DNA from: an uncultured delta proteobacterium
GTDB taxonomy: Bacteria; Chloroflexota; Dehalococcoidia; Dehalococcoidales; BS750m-G39
Length of the DNA stretch: 64,000 nt
Assembly: GCA_963739245.1 (NCBI GenBank)
Contig: CAVTZP010000005.1
Span: forward strand, 78,707-142,706
Reading direction: 5' to 3'
The position numbers and the translations under genes are program-made. Of this stretch, positions 29,517-38,933 are shown piece by piece. Under the pieces are notes generated by a model. It was given only the letters and a program-made list of their open reading frames with translations. It had not been told where the DNA came from and did not search any database. The number at the start of each line of letters is the position of its first letter. The stretch's first letter is position 1.

Positions 29517-30421
29517 TTGATATTATAGGTAAAAGACCCTGGTTCTTTCTCATCTCAGGGATAGCTATCCTGCTCAGCATTATTTTTCTCGCGGTGTTCG
29601 GGCTTAAACCCGGGCTTGAATTCAGCAGTGGCTCATCAATGACGTTAAGCTTTACCCAAACGGTAGACCCCGGTGCCTTAAAAGAGGAACTGGCTAATTT
29701 AGGCTATGGCAATTCCATTATTCAAACCACCGGCGAGGGTGACTTCATTATCCGCACCGTGGCTTTAACTGATGACGCAAAAAAGCAGCTGGAAGCCGGG
29801 CTGACTGATAAGTTTGGCCCTCTTACCGAGAAGAGTTTTCAGACTGTAGAGCCAATTATAGCCAGGCAGACATCACGGACAACCGTTATTGCCCTAGTTG
29901 TGGCTACCTTTCTCATGCTCCTTTATATTATCTTCGCATTTCGTCGGGTGCCCAAATCCTTCCGCTATGGCACCACGTTTACCGTAGCTCTGGTGCACGA
30001 TGTATTAATAACGGCCGGGGTTTTCTCGGTTCTCGGTGTCCTGGCTGGCTGGGAAATCGACCTTATGTTTATTACCGGTATCCTGGCGGTCATTGGCGTC
30101 AGTATCGATAACACGATTGTCGTATTTGATAGAATACGGGAAAATGTGAGAAAGGGCATCAGCTCCAGTTTTGAGGTTGTAACTAATTACAGTATAGTTG
30201 AGACTCTAAGCCGTTGTCTGAATACCTCTATTACCATTGTAGTTACGATAGCAGTTTTGCTCCTGTTTGTTGGAGGGTCAATTCGGAGCTTCGCCTGGGT
30301 GCTGCTGATTGGCACTGTTGTCGGAACTTTTGACTCAGTCTTTGTTGCCCCATCTCTGCTGGTGGTATGGGAAGGGGGGGAGTGGGGCCGGTTCCTGCAC
30401 CCCCGCGGGGCGTCAAAGTAG
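29513..30421 (+). CDS. secF: Protein translocase subunit SecF
   Basis: GLEFSSG, HDVLI, DNTIVVFDRIRE. Confidence 0.95.
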   Translation: MIDIIGKRPWFFLISGIAILLSIIFLAVFGLKPGLEFSSGSSMTLSFTQTVDPGALKEELANLGYGNSIIQTTGEGDFIIRTVALTDDAKKQLEAGLTDKFGPLTEKSFQTVEPIIARQTSRTTVIALVVATFLMLLYIIFAFRRVPKSFRYGTTFTVALVHDVLITAGVFSVLGVLAGWEIDLMFITGILAVIGVSIDNTIVVFDRIRENVRKGISSSFEVVTNYSIVETLSRCLNTSITIVVTIAVLLLFVGGSIRSFAWVLLIGTVVGTFDSVFVAPSLLVVWEGGEWGRFLHPRGASK

Positions 30422-31448
30422 AGCGTGTGTTTCCTTTATTGCCCTAATCAGGTTGTCAATCTTTGGTGCCGTGAAGCTGCGCGGTGACTGACCAAGAGGG
30501 TCATCAATACTGGTATTACCCAGAAGGACGTCAAGGGTAGCTTTTACCGAAGCCGCTAAAGCGCTGAGGTGATAACCCCCCTCCAGAACAAAGACCAAAC
30601 GACCATCGCATAGCTCATCAGCTAACCCCTTAATAATCCTTGCCATTTGAGCAAAGCCGGAGACGCTAACCTGCATCATGGCTAGCTCATCAGCCCAGTG
30701 GGCGTCGTAGCCGGCGGAGACTAAAACAAGCTGGGGCTTAAACCGCCTGGCTGCCGGGGTGATAATCTGTTCAAAGGCCAGTAGATATTCATTATCGCCG
30801 CAGCCAGCCGGCAGCGGTATATTAACCTTAGTCCCCTTGGCTGTTCCCCTGCCTGTCTCCTCAACACCGCCTGTCCCCGGGTAGAAGGGGTACTCGTGGG
30901 TTGATATATACATCACCTCAGGGCGGTCATAAAAAATTTCCTGAGTCCCGTTGCCATGATGGACGTCAAAGTCAATGATTAGGCTTCGTTCCAGCTTATA
31001 CTTAACCAGGGCATGCGCGGCAGCAATAGCTATATTGTTAAACAGGCAGAAGCCCATAGCTCGCCGGCGGGTGGCATGATGCCCCGGGGGTCTGACCAGG
31101 GCAAAGGCGCTATCTATCTTTCCCTCCATGACCGCCTCCGTGGCGACGATAGTGCCACCAGCCGCGTAGAGGGCAACCTCGTAAGAATCAGGCGACACTA
31201 CGGTATCGGCATCAAGCCAGCCACCACCCTTCTTGGCGACATCCTGGATATGCGAGATATGCTGTTGTTGGTGCACCAGCGATAATTCTTCAACCGAGGC
31301 GGCTCGGGGTTTGAGCGGGGTTAGCTGCTGCCTGAGCCCGGTTTCCTCAAGACGGGAGATGATTGCCTCCAGCCTTCCGGCGTTTTCCACATGCTCTCCG
31401 GTGTCATGCTTGAGATAGATAGGGTCATAGACCAGAGCCTACTTTCAT
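30413..31448 (-). CDS. Histone deacetylase family (AcuC-like) protein, apparent frameshift near 31437
   Basis: RPPGHHA, GFCLFNN, DFDVHHGNGTQ, LEGGY; removing one base restores MKVGLVYDPIYLKHDTGEHVENAGRL from ATG at 31448. Confidence 0.9.
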
Positions 31449-31503
31449 AATGGCTTGATGATACCAGATACAATTTTGATAGGCAAGGAGGATATTGTTT
31501 AGC

Positions 31504-31706
31504 ATCCCCTCCCCCTGAGTTTATCCCTTTCCCCCTCCCGCCACTCCCCGTGCGTCTTTTTCCCACCCTCCCGCCCTTATGGCGTCTGCAGCTTATCCTT
31601 TGTTTTTCTCCCCACTCTGAAAGCGGGGCGTCTAAGAGGGGCGTCAGCCCCTCTTTCTTCTCTTCCCCCTCTCCTTGCCAAGGAGAGGGGGTAAGGGGGT
31701 GAGGTT
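31504..31706 (+). repeat. GC-rich repeat, copy 4 (long variant)
   Basis: Shares AAGAGGGGCGTCAGCCCCTCTT and terminal hairpin/GGGGGTGAGGTT; resembles reverse complement of copy 7. Confidence 0.8.
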
Positions 31707-31785
31707 AAAAAACAATTGAGTTCATTAACTTAATGCATTATACTGTTATCTGAACAGAGATATAGGCACCGTTGGAGGTGACAGG

Positions 31786-32511
31786 ATGCTGGCAGTAGAA
31801 AATCTCCAGTTGAAGTTAAATGGCAAACCAATCATTGATGATTTAAACCTGGATGTTAGCCAGGGTGAAATCCACGGGATTCTGGGGGAGAATGGGACCG
31901 GTAAGACCACCATCGCCTACCTCATAATGGGGGTGAATAACTACAAGCCCACGGCGGGGAGAATTATTTTTGAGGGTCAGGATATCGCCAACCTTTCTGT
32001 CTCTCAGCGGGCAAAGATGGGGATAACTCTAGCCTGGCAGGAGCCGGCCCGGATTGAGGGGCTGAGGGTGAGAGACTACCTCATGCTCAGTGGCAATAAT
32101 CAGGGGATTGAGCAAACTAAGCGCTATTTATGGATGGTGGGGCTGGAGCCAGACAAATATCTAGAGCGGGACATTGATGCCACCTTGAGCGGTGGGGAGA
32201 GGAAGAGGATTGAGCTGGCTTCGGTGTTAGCCATGCGCCCCAAACTGGCGATACTGGATGAGCCTGACTCCGGCATAGATATTGTCGCTTTGCCGTTAAT
32301 ATTTAATGGCATTGTCGAAATGAATAAGCAGGGCTCAGCGGTTCTATTGATTACCCATAGTGAAAAGATGGCAGAGATAGCCCACCGCGTGTCTATACTA
32401 TGCGCCGGTAAGATAATCAGGACCGGAGCACCCTTGGAAACAAACCAGTGGTTCAAGGATAACTGCCAGACTTGCCTCCATATCAATGAGCCGAAGACTG
32501 AAGTAATATGA
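31786..32511 (+). CDS. sufC: Fe-S assembly ABC ATPase SufC-like
   Basis: GENGTGKTT, LAWQEP, LSGGERKRIE, LDEPDSG. Confidence 0.85.
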   Translation: MLAVENLQLKLNGKPIIDDLNLDVSQGEIHGILGENGTGKTTIAYLIMGVNNYKPTAGRIIFEGQDIANLSVSQRAKMGITLAWQEPARIEGLRVRDYLMLSGNNQGIEQTKRYLWMVGLEPDKYLERDIDATLSGGERKRIELASVLAMRPKLAILDEPDSGIDIVALPLIFNGIVEMNKQGSAVLLITHSEKMAEIAHRVSILCAGKIIRTGAPLETNQWFKDNCQTCLHINEPKTEVI

Positions 32512-33464
32512 TTAACTACTCAGTGGAAAAAGAATATGAGGGAATGCTTGATGCCTATGAGAAGGCAGGCGGAGACAAGCGTGTCTTACAGACTAAGGAC
32601 ATAGCCAAGCTGGTTATTCATGAAAACAGGGTGCTGAGTGATGATGGCGTCAAGGGACTAAGAATAGAAACCAGGGAGACCAAGACCGGCGTTGATGTCC
32701 ATCTTATAGTAGAAGAGGGGGCTAAGATACCCCAACCCGTCCACCTCTGCTTTGGCGTTCTGCCCAAAGAAGGGCTTCAGGAAATTATCATGAAGGTGAC
32801 GGCTCAGGATAACAGCGAGGTAAGCGTCATTGCCCACTGCATCTTCCCCAACGCGGTCAAGGTGATACACAAGATGGATGCCGATATTGAGATTGGGAAT
32901 AATGCCAAGTTTGACTATAAAGAGACCCACTATCACGGAGAGTTTGGCGGCATTGAGGTAATCCCCAAGGCAAGAATCAGGGTAAAGAAAGGCGGGGTCT
33001 GGCAGAGCACCTTCGCCTTAAGCCAGGGGCTGGTCGGCAAGCTTGACTATGATTTTGAGGTGCTCTGCGAAGAGAGGGCAGTGGCGGAGCTGGTGGTAAA
33101 GGTATACGGAAAGGGTTCTGATGATATAAAGGTCTGGGAGAAAATCTACCTGAATGGGGTGGGGGCAAGGGGTCTGGCCAAGAGCCGCATCGTGCTGAGC
33201 GATAAGGCTAGGGCTGAGATAAGGGGGGAGACCTACGGCAATGCCCCCCTCGCCCGGGGGCATGTTGACTGCATTGAGCTGGTCAACGGCACCGAGGCGG
33301 TAGCTACGGCCATACCCATCGTCTCGGTAACCAATGATAAGGCCAAGGTCACCCACGAGGCCGCTATCGGCAGTATAGATAAAAAACAACTAGAGACCTT
33401 GATGGCAAGGGGACTTGACGAGAGCGAGGCGGTGGATGTTATCGTTAGGGGCATCTTGAGGTAG
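32508..33464 (+). CDS. sufB: SufB/SufD-family Fe-S scaffold (minimal SufBC type)
   Basis: PVHLCFG, ARGHVDC, VTHEAAIGS. Confidence 0.85.
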   Translation: MINYSVEKEYEGMLDAYEKAGGDKRVLQTKDIAKLVIHENRVLSDDGVKGLRIETRETKTGVDVHLIVEEGAKIPQPVHLCFGVLPKEGLQEIIMKVTAQDNSEVSVIAHCIFPNAVKVIHKMDADIEIGNNAKFDYKETHYHGEFGGIEVIPKARIRVKKGGVWQSTFALSQGLVGKLDYDFEVLCEERAVAELVVKVYGKGSDDIKVWEKIYLNGVGARGLAKSRIVLSDKARAEIRGETYGNAPLARGHVDCIELVNGTEAVATAIPIVSVTNDKAKVTHEAAIGSIDKKQLETLMARGLDESEAVDVIVRGILR

Positions 33465-33466
33465 AG

Positions 33467-34648
33467 GTGTCACTGGATTTAACCAGGGTAGCGGCTCAAA
33501 TTTGGGGCATGGTTGCCGGGCTGAAAGCCGGCGATGAAGAAAGGCGAAAGCACCTTCAGTATGCCCTGGATATTCTGCGTGATAAGTCTATTGACCTTGC
33601 CCAGCTGCGCCAGAGGATAGAAGATAGCCGCGGTAAGACCACCTGGCTGGTCGCCGGTCTGGTTGACGGGCTTGACCAGCACGATAAACCTTCCGCTCTC
33701 CCTAAAGAATTTACCGTCATTGCTACCGATGGCTCTCATATTGATGTTGACCGGCACCGCTCAACAAGGTGCTATTTGATAAACATCGGGGCAGTGGTTC
33801 TTGACTATGGCACTCGCCCCGATGCCCGCCTTGAGAGCCTCCCTCAACTCTACTCTGAACCGGAAGACCTGGTGATTGCCCCGGAAAAGGGCCGGCAGCA
33901 ACCGGTAGAAGGTCCACTTCTGGGCATCAAGCGCAGTGTCGAGGAGGGCAAGCATCTCGCCGCTCTGGCTAAAGAATTACCCCCCAATACGGCAACTTTA
34001 GCCCTGCTTGACGGCTCGCTGATTCTGTGGGGTCTTGAGGCTTACCCCGAATTCGTCACCGAGGCGCTTCTGGATAAAGGCTTTATCCCTTGTCTGGAGG
34101 AAATAAGGAAGCTTAATATTGCCCTTGCCAGCTATATCAGCTTTCCCCGCTCTACCGATGTCGTTAATGCCCTGCGGGTGGCTATCTGCCCCTATGAAGC
34201 CCCCGACTGCGACCGCTACTGCCCGAACAGGGCTAAAGGCTGCGATAAGGTGGCTGGTGTCCAGGACCGGGAGCTATTTATAAATCTACTGGGGCCGGGA
34301 GAGAGGTCAGCCCTGTTTATCAGCCCGTCAAAGATAATGAAGCGCTACGGAGAGCACCGGGTCTATTTCTTCTATCTCAGGCTGGATGATGAAATCGCCC
34401 GGCTTGAGATTCCAAAGTGGGTAGCCACTAATGATAACCTGCTCAATCTGACTCACGCCTTAGTCTTAGACCAGTGCCAGCGGGGACTTGGCTATCCGGT
34501 GGCGTTAAGCGAAGCCCACGAGCAGGCGGTGGTTACCACCGCTGATAGAGAAGAGTTCTGGCAGCTGGTGGAGTCATTGATGGTGGAAGAAAAAATGCCC
34601 ACCCCCACCTCCGCCAAGAGCCAGAGCAAGAGGACAAGGTGGGTGTGA
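33467..34648 (+). CDS. nurA: NurA-family nuclease
   Basis: IATDGSH, LLDGSL, GYPVALSEAHEQA. Confidence 0.9.
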   Translation: MSLDLTRVAAQIWGMVAGLKAGDEERRKHLQYALDILRDKSIDLAQLRQRIEDSRGKTTWLVAGLVDGLDQHDKPSALPKEFTVIATDGSHIDVDRHRSTRCYLINIGAVVLDYGTRPDARLESLPQLYSEPEDLVIAPEKGRQQPVEGPLLGIKRSVEEGKHLAALAKELPPNTATLALLDGSLILWGLEAYPEFVTEALLDKGFIPCLEEIRKLNIALASYISFPRSTDVVNALRVAICPYEAPDCDRYCPNRAKGCDKVAGVQDRELFINLLGPGERSALFISPSKIMKRYGEHRVYFFYLRLDDEIARLEIPKWVATNDNLLNLTHALVLDQCQRGLGYPVALSEAHEQAVVTTADREEFWQLVESLMVEEKMPTPTSAKSQSKRTRWV

Positions 34649-34656
34649 AGTAATTG

Positions 34657-34735
34657 ACCTCACCCCCTGTCCCCCTCTCCTTTTTTAAGGAGAGGGGGAG
34701 TATAATATAAAAAGAGGGCTACCGCCCTCTTTAAC
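34657..34735 (-). repeat. GC-rich repeat, copy 5 (truncated)
   Basis: ACCTCACCCCC end plus two hairpins. Confidence 0.8.
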
Positions 34736-34760
34736 TCCGGGTTTTGGGGGAAGGGAAGAT

Positions 34761-35561
34761 ATGGTAACTAAAAGCAGGAAGAATATTAAAAAGCCTAGGC
34801 AGCGAAAAGGCTATTCGAACAAGGATATTTACCTGAAACTAGAGAGCGTCGAAAAGAGGATTTATTTTAGTCACCGAACTCAAATACGTATAGGTCTTTC
34901 TGCTGTTGGTATAGCTTTTGTAATTCTCGGTTTAAGCTTATGGTCCGATTTCTTGCAACTAATCGGTATTGATTCGTCACAAGGCTCTATTCTCCCTATT
35001 GGGTACATAATTATGGGAGCTATTACCATGATATGTGCCTACATTGTTACCAGACCAAGGCAAGAAGTAAAAAGGAGGCAAGCAACGGAACTAACCGAGC
35101 AAGAAATAAGAAAACTTGAAAAGTCAATCGCTACCAATCATGGCAGCTTCTCATTAGGCTTGTTTGCAACTGCACTTTTGGTATATAGCACATCCGAAGG
35201 TTCTGGATGGGTTACGTTCGTCGTTATTGGCGGAATCTTTGTGCTATCTAGTTTGCATTTTTTATGTGCAAACAAATTTATACCTAATAAGAAACGACGG
35301 AGTATTATAAATACGGCATCTTTTGCAAGAATAAACCACATAGAATGGTTCTTAGGGTTTGTGCCATTTGGAGTAGGTCTTATACAAACAATACGACTAG
35401 ATTGGGCGGCGGTTGTAGGAATAATCTGTATAATTGTTGGATACGCTGTTTTGGCTTATGGCCTAGGTAAATCAATCAGAACAATCAAGGAGGAGGTTCA
35501 AAAAATGGGAAGTAAAGGCAGAAAGAGCATCAAGAAGCCCAAGCAGCCAAAGAAGAAATAG
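34761..35561 (+). CDS. AT-rich multi-pass membrane protein with Lys-rich termini
   Basis: 266 aa, about six hydrophobic segments; both termini resemble MxxKxRKxIKKPxQ. Confidence 0.65.
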   Translation: MVTKSRKNIKKPRQRKGYSNKDIYLKLESVEKRIYFSHRTQIRIGLSAVGIAFVILGLSLWSDFLQLIGIDSSQGSILPIGYIIMGAITMICAYIVTRPRQEVKRRQATELTEQEIRKLEKSIATNHGSFSLGLFATALLVYSTSEGSGWVTFVVIGGIFVLSSLHFLCANKFIPNKKRRSIINTASFARINHIEWFLGFVPFGVGLIQTIRLDWAAVVGIICIIVGYAVLAYGLGKSIRTIKEEVQKMGSKGRKSIKKPKQPKKK

Positions 35562-35572
35562 ATTGGGAAACT

Positions 35573-35600
35573 CTAAATACTAATATCTAAATCCTAAACG
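35573..35600 (+). repeat. Heptamer array (CTAAATN x4) left of four-helix-bundle gene
   Basis: CTAAATA CTAATAT CTAAATC CTAAACG. Confidence 0.8.
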
Positions 35601-35607
35601 GGTTGAG

Positions 35608-35985
35608 ATGGCTGTGGTTAAAAACCCCAAACAGTATGATTTGGAAGAGCGAACTTTCAGCTTTGCCAAAGAGGTAATAGCGTTTGTAAATATTCTCCCG
35701 AAAACCATAGCAAACCTGGAGATAATCAAGCAGGTTATCAGGTCTTCCGGTTCAGTGGGAGCTAATTACATTGAAGCCAATGAAGCCTTGGGCAAAAAGG
35801 ATTTTGCCATGAGGATTAAGATTTGTCGCAAGGAAGCTAAGGAAAGTATGTATTGGCTAAGGCTTATTGAGGCAAGGGGGGAAGACGCGGAAAAGAGAAG
35901 CCAAGCGTTGATTGGCGAAGCTACAGAGCTTATGAAAATATTTGGCTCCATCGTCGGAACTAAAACACTAAATCCGAAATCCTAA
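35608..35985 (+). CDS. Four helix bundle protein (23S rRNA IVP / TIGR02436 family)
   Basis: DLEERTFSFA...QVIRSSGSVGANYIEA...KEAKESMYWL. Confidence 0.9.
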   Translation: MAVVKNPKQYDLEERTFSFAKEVIAFVNILPKTIANLEIIKQVIRSSGSVGANYIEANEALGKKDFAMRIKICRKEAKESMYWLRLIEARGEDAEKRSQALIGEATELMKIFGSIVGTKTLNPKS

Positions 35986-36030
35986 ATTCTAAATATGTTT
36001 AGGATTTAGTGCTTAGATATTAGGATTTGG
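35968..36030. repeat. Heptamer arrays, four forward then five inverted
   Basis: CTAAATC CGAAATC CTAAATT CTAAATA then TGTTTAG GATTTAG TGCTTAG ATATTAG GATTTGG. Confidence 0.85.
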
Positions 36031-36045
36031 AAAGGAGGAGGGTAA

Positions 36046-36633
36046 TTGGTGGAAAGAGTTGGCGAGGTTATTGAAGCCAGCACGGCGGACTTTGTTGCCC
36101 AGTGCTATGAGCTTTACCAGATTCCGCCACTGGGCAGTCTGGTGAAGACCAAAGACCAGCAGTTTGAGCTGTATGGCATCGTCTATAACGCTGCCACCAC
36201 CAGCCTTGAGCCGGGAAGGCGACCAATTGCCCGGGGCAAGGAGGAAAAAACCGAGGAGGAAATCTACCGAACAAGCCCCCAGCTACTGAAACTGCTTAAA
36301 AGCGAGTTCGGGGTGGTGGTGGTGGGGCATAAGGATAATAGCAAGCTGTATCATTACCTCCCACCCACGCCCGCCCGAATCCATAGCTTTGTCTACCAGT
36401 GCCCGCCGGATGAAGTAAAGGAGTTCAGCCAGTCCTTTGACTTTCTTAATATAATAATAAACGCCCGCCTGCCGGTTTCCACGGAAGAGCTTATTGCCGC
36501 CGCGCTCCGCCAGATGAGCCAGGTATATGAAGAGCGGCAGACCTTTTTGGTCGCCGCCGGCAAGGAGCTAGCCGTATTGCTCAGCGGCAACCTTAACCAG
36601 CTCAAAGCCATTCTGGGGAGGATTAAGCCATGA
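36046..36633 (+). CDS. HAS-barrel domain protein (HerA-associated)
   Basis: GEVIEAST, PPLGSLV, PGRRPIARG; lies between nurA and herA. Confidence 0.75.
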   Translation: MVERVGEVIEASTADFVAQCYELYQIPPLGSLVKTKDQQFELYGIVYNAATTSLEPGRRPIARGKEEKTEEEIYRTSPQLLKLLKSEFGVVVVGHKDNSKLYHYLPPTPARIHSFVYQCPPDEVKEFSQSFDFLNIIINARLPVSTEELIAAALRQMSQVYEERQTFLVAAGKELAVLLSGNLNQLKAILGRIKP

Positions 36634-38219
36634 CTCAAGAAAATGAGAGGCTTGGGATTGTCGTCTCCGGCTCACTGAATAAAGGGGTGGAGGTCAGGCT
36701 TGATAGCTCAGCCTCGGTGGAGGACATGGTGGTGGGGCGGTTTGTCACTATTGAGGGGCAAAAACGGCGCTTCTTCGGCATGATAAACGATGTCAGCCTC
36801 GGGGTGGCTGACCAGAGGATTTCTCTTACTCCACCCGATGTTACAGATCCCTTTATTGCCGAGGTGATTGCCGGAACCAGCACCTTCGGCACGATTCACG
36901 TTTCTCCCAGCCTCGTTATCAGTGGCGATGCTGCTGCCATGCTGGAAGGACCCCAGCCGGTCAAGACCATCCCCAGCCATTTCTCGGCGGTAAGGCTTGC
37001 CTCCCAGAGGGATGTTGAGCTTGTCTTTGGCACCGAGGATGAAAAGAGGTTCTTCATCGGCACGCCGCTGGATATGGAGACCAAGGTCTGTCTTAATTTA
37101 GAAGAGTTGGTCAAGCGCTCCAACGGCGTCTTCGGCAAGAGTGGCACGGGCAAGACCTTTCTTACCCGCTTGCTTTTAATTGGCATGCTGCAGAAGAGGG
37201 CGGCGGTAAGTCTGGTCTTTGATATGCATAGTGAGTACGGCTGGGAGAGCCGTGACGAGCGGGGGCGAAAGGTTAAAGCCCTGAAGCAGCTCTTCTCCTC
37301 GCAGGTGGCGGTGTTTACCCTTGATGAAGAAAGCTCGCGGCGCCGGAAGGTGAGCACCGACTTCGTCGTCAGGATAAGCTATGACGAGATAGAGCCTGAG
37401 GACATTGTCCTGCTGCGCCAGACCTTAAATCTGACTGAGCTTGCCGTTGAGGCTGTCTTCCAGCTAGCCGGAAGATTCGGCAGGGGCTGGCTACAGAGTA
37501 CCCTTAATCTGAAAGGCATTGATGGGTTGCCCGAAGGCCTGAACATCCATGAGAGCACCCTTCAGAATCTGCAGCGGGGTCTGGCTACTATCGGGAGGTT
37601 TCCCTTCCTCATGCCCCACGCCCCGGATAATGCCGTTAACCGCATCCTGGAATACCTTGAGCGGGGGACGAATGTTATTCTGGAGTTCGGCCGGTATACC
37701 GATATTACCGCCTATATTCTGGTGGCTAACCTGCTTACCCGCCGCATCTATGCCCGATACCGGGAAGCGATGGAAAGAGCAATAGGCGAGGGCACTGCCC
37801 CACCACGTCAACTGGTTATAACCATTGAGGAGGCGCACCGCTTCCTCAATCCCGAGGTTTCCAGCCGGACCATCTTCGGCACCATCGCCCGTGAGATGCG
37901 CAAGTATAATGTCACCCTGCTGGTGATTGACCAGAGGCCCAGCGGCATTGACAGCGAGGTTATGTCGCAGATGGGGACGAAGATAACCTGCCTGCTTGAT
38001 GATGAGCGGGACGTTGATAGTGTGCTTACCGGGGTGCCCAATAAAAGCGAGCTTAAATCAGTGTTGTCAAAGCTGGAATCCAAGCAGCAGGCGCTAATCT
38101 TCGGTCATGCCGTGCCGATGGCGGTGGTGGTCAGGACAAGGGAGTATGGCTCCGCCCAATCCTACAAGGACTTTATCCCCAAAGAAGCGGAAAAAGACAT
38201 TGAAAAGCTGTGGGAATAA
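36630..38219 (+). CDS. herA: HerA-family helicase/ATPase
   Basis: GKSGTGKT, FDMHSEYG, IEEAHRF, IAREMRK, DQRPS. Confidence 0.9.
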   Translation: MTQENERLGIVVSGSLNKGVEVRLDSSASVEDMVVGRFVTIEGQKRRFFGMINDVSLGVADQRISLTPPDVTDPFIAEVIAGTSTFGTIHVSPSLVISGDAAAMLEGPQPVKTIPSHFSAVRLASQRDVELVFGTEDEKRFFIGTPLDMETKVCLNLEELVKRSNGVFGKSGTGKTFLTRLLLIGMLQKRAAVSLVFDMHSEYGWESRDERGRKVKALKQLFSSQVAVFTLDEESSRRRKVSTDFVVRISYDEIEPEDIVLLRQTLNLTELAVEAVFQLAGRFGRGWLQSTLNLKGIDGLPEGLNIHESTLQNLQRGLATIGRFPFLMPHAPDNAVNRILEYLERGTNVILEFGRYTDITAYILVANLLTRRIYARYREAMERAIGEGTAPPRQLVITIEEAHRFLNPEVSSRTIFGTIAREMRKYNVTLLVIDQRPSGIDSEVMSQMGTKITCLLDDERDVDSVLTGVPNKSELKSVLSKLESKQQALIFGHAVPMAVVVRTREYGSAQSYKDFIPKEAEKDIEKLWE

Positions 38220-38230
38220 AAGCTAGCTGC

Positions 38231-38860
38231 CTACAGAGGCTCCAGGCTCCGGACAATGTCATTGAGGTCATTAAACGGCGTACACTTGAGGCCTATTTCC
38301 CGGCAGCCGTCAAGCATCCCATCCCGGGCGAAGACGTGATGAGCATGAAGTGCCGGGGCGACATCAGACGGACCATTCCCCACATATATTAGCCGGTGGT
38401 CCTGCTTGAGGAAGACTTTGGTATAAGCCTCCTTGAAATTGCTGGCTAGTGGGGTGCTATCCGGACCTATATATTGAACCTTAAGCCCGCGGCGATAGAA
38501 CCAGGTTTTTGCCGCATGTACCTCAATATCTCCCAGGCCGGCATCCTGCAGAATCGCCGCTATATAGAAGTCTAGCCCGTTGCTGACAATGACGAAGCGA
38601 AACCCCCGGCTCCGGCAATAGCTTACCAGCTCTGGAAGCCCGGCACGCAACCTGACCTTGTCCCGGGTAACCTTAAGTAACTCGGCTTTGCTCGCCTTGA
38701 CCATGGCGAAGGCTCTGGTATTGAACTCGCCGACAGTTATCTTATGTTCCTTGTAGTGCTCGAGCCATTCTCGCCAATCACCTTGGGCAAAGACATCAAG
38801 CAGCATAAAGCTGATATCCTCTTCGGTAATGGTGCCATCAAAATCACACTGGATAATCAT
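38231..38860 (-). CDS. HAD-superfamily phosphatase (MtnX-like)
   Basis: CDFDGTIT, IVSNG, YVGNGPSD. Confidence 0.85.
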   Translation of the reverse strand: MIIQCDFDGTITEEDISFMLLDVFAQGDWREWLEHYKEHKITVGEFNTRAFAMVKASKAELLKVTRDKVRLRAGLPELVSYCRSRGFRFVIVSNGLDFYIAAILQDAGLGDIEVHAAKTWFYRRGLKVQYIGPDSTPLASNFKEAYTKVFLKQDHRLIYVGNGPSDVAPALHAHHVFARDGMLDGCREIGLKCTPFNDLNDIVRSLEPL

Positions 38861-38885
38861 TTCATCGCCAGTCGCATTATACCTA

Positions 38886-38933
38886 TTAGCGTTATAGCAA
38901 TCAATCTAGTTAGCGTTATAGCAATCAATCTAG
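38886..38933. repeat. Exact 24-bp tandem duplication
   Basis: TTAGCGTTATAGCAATCAATCTAG x2. Confidence 0.9.

Noticed and set aside
35608-35985. Diversity-generating retroelement (Avd-like gene)
   Set aside because: No reverse transcriptase and no TR/VR pair seen in the window
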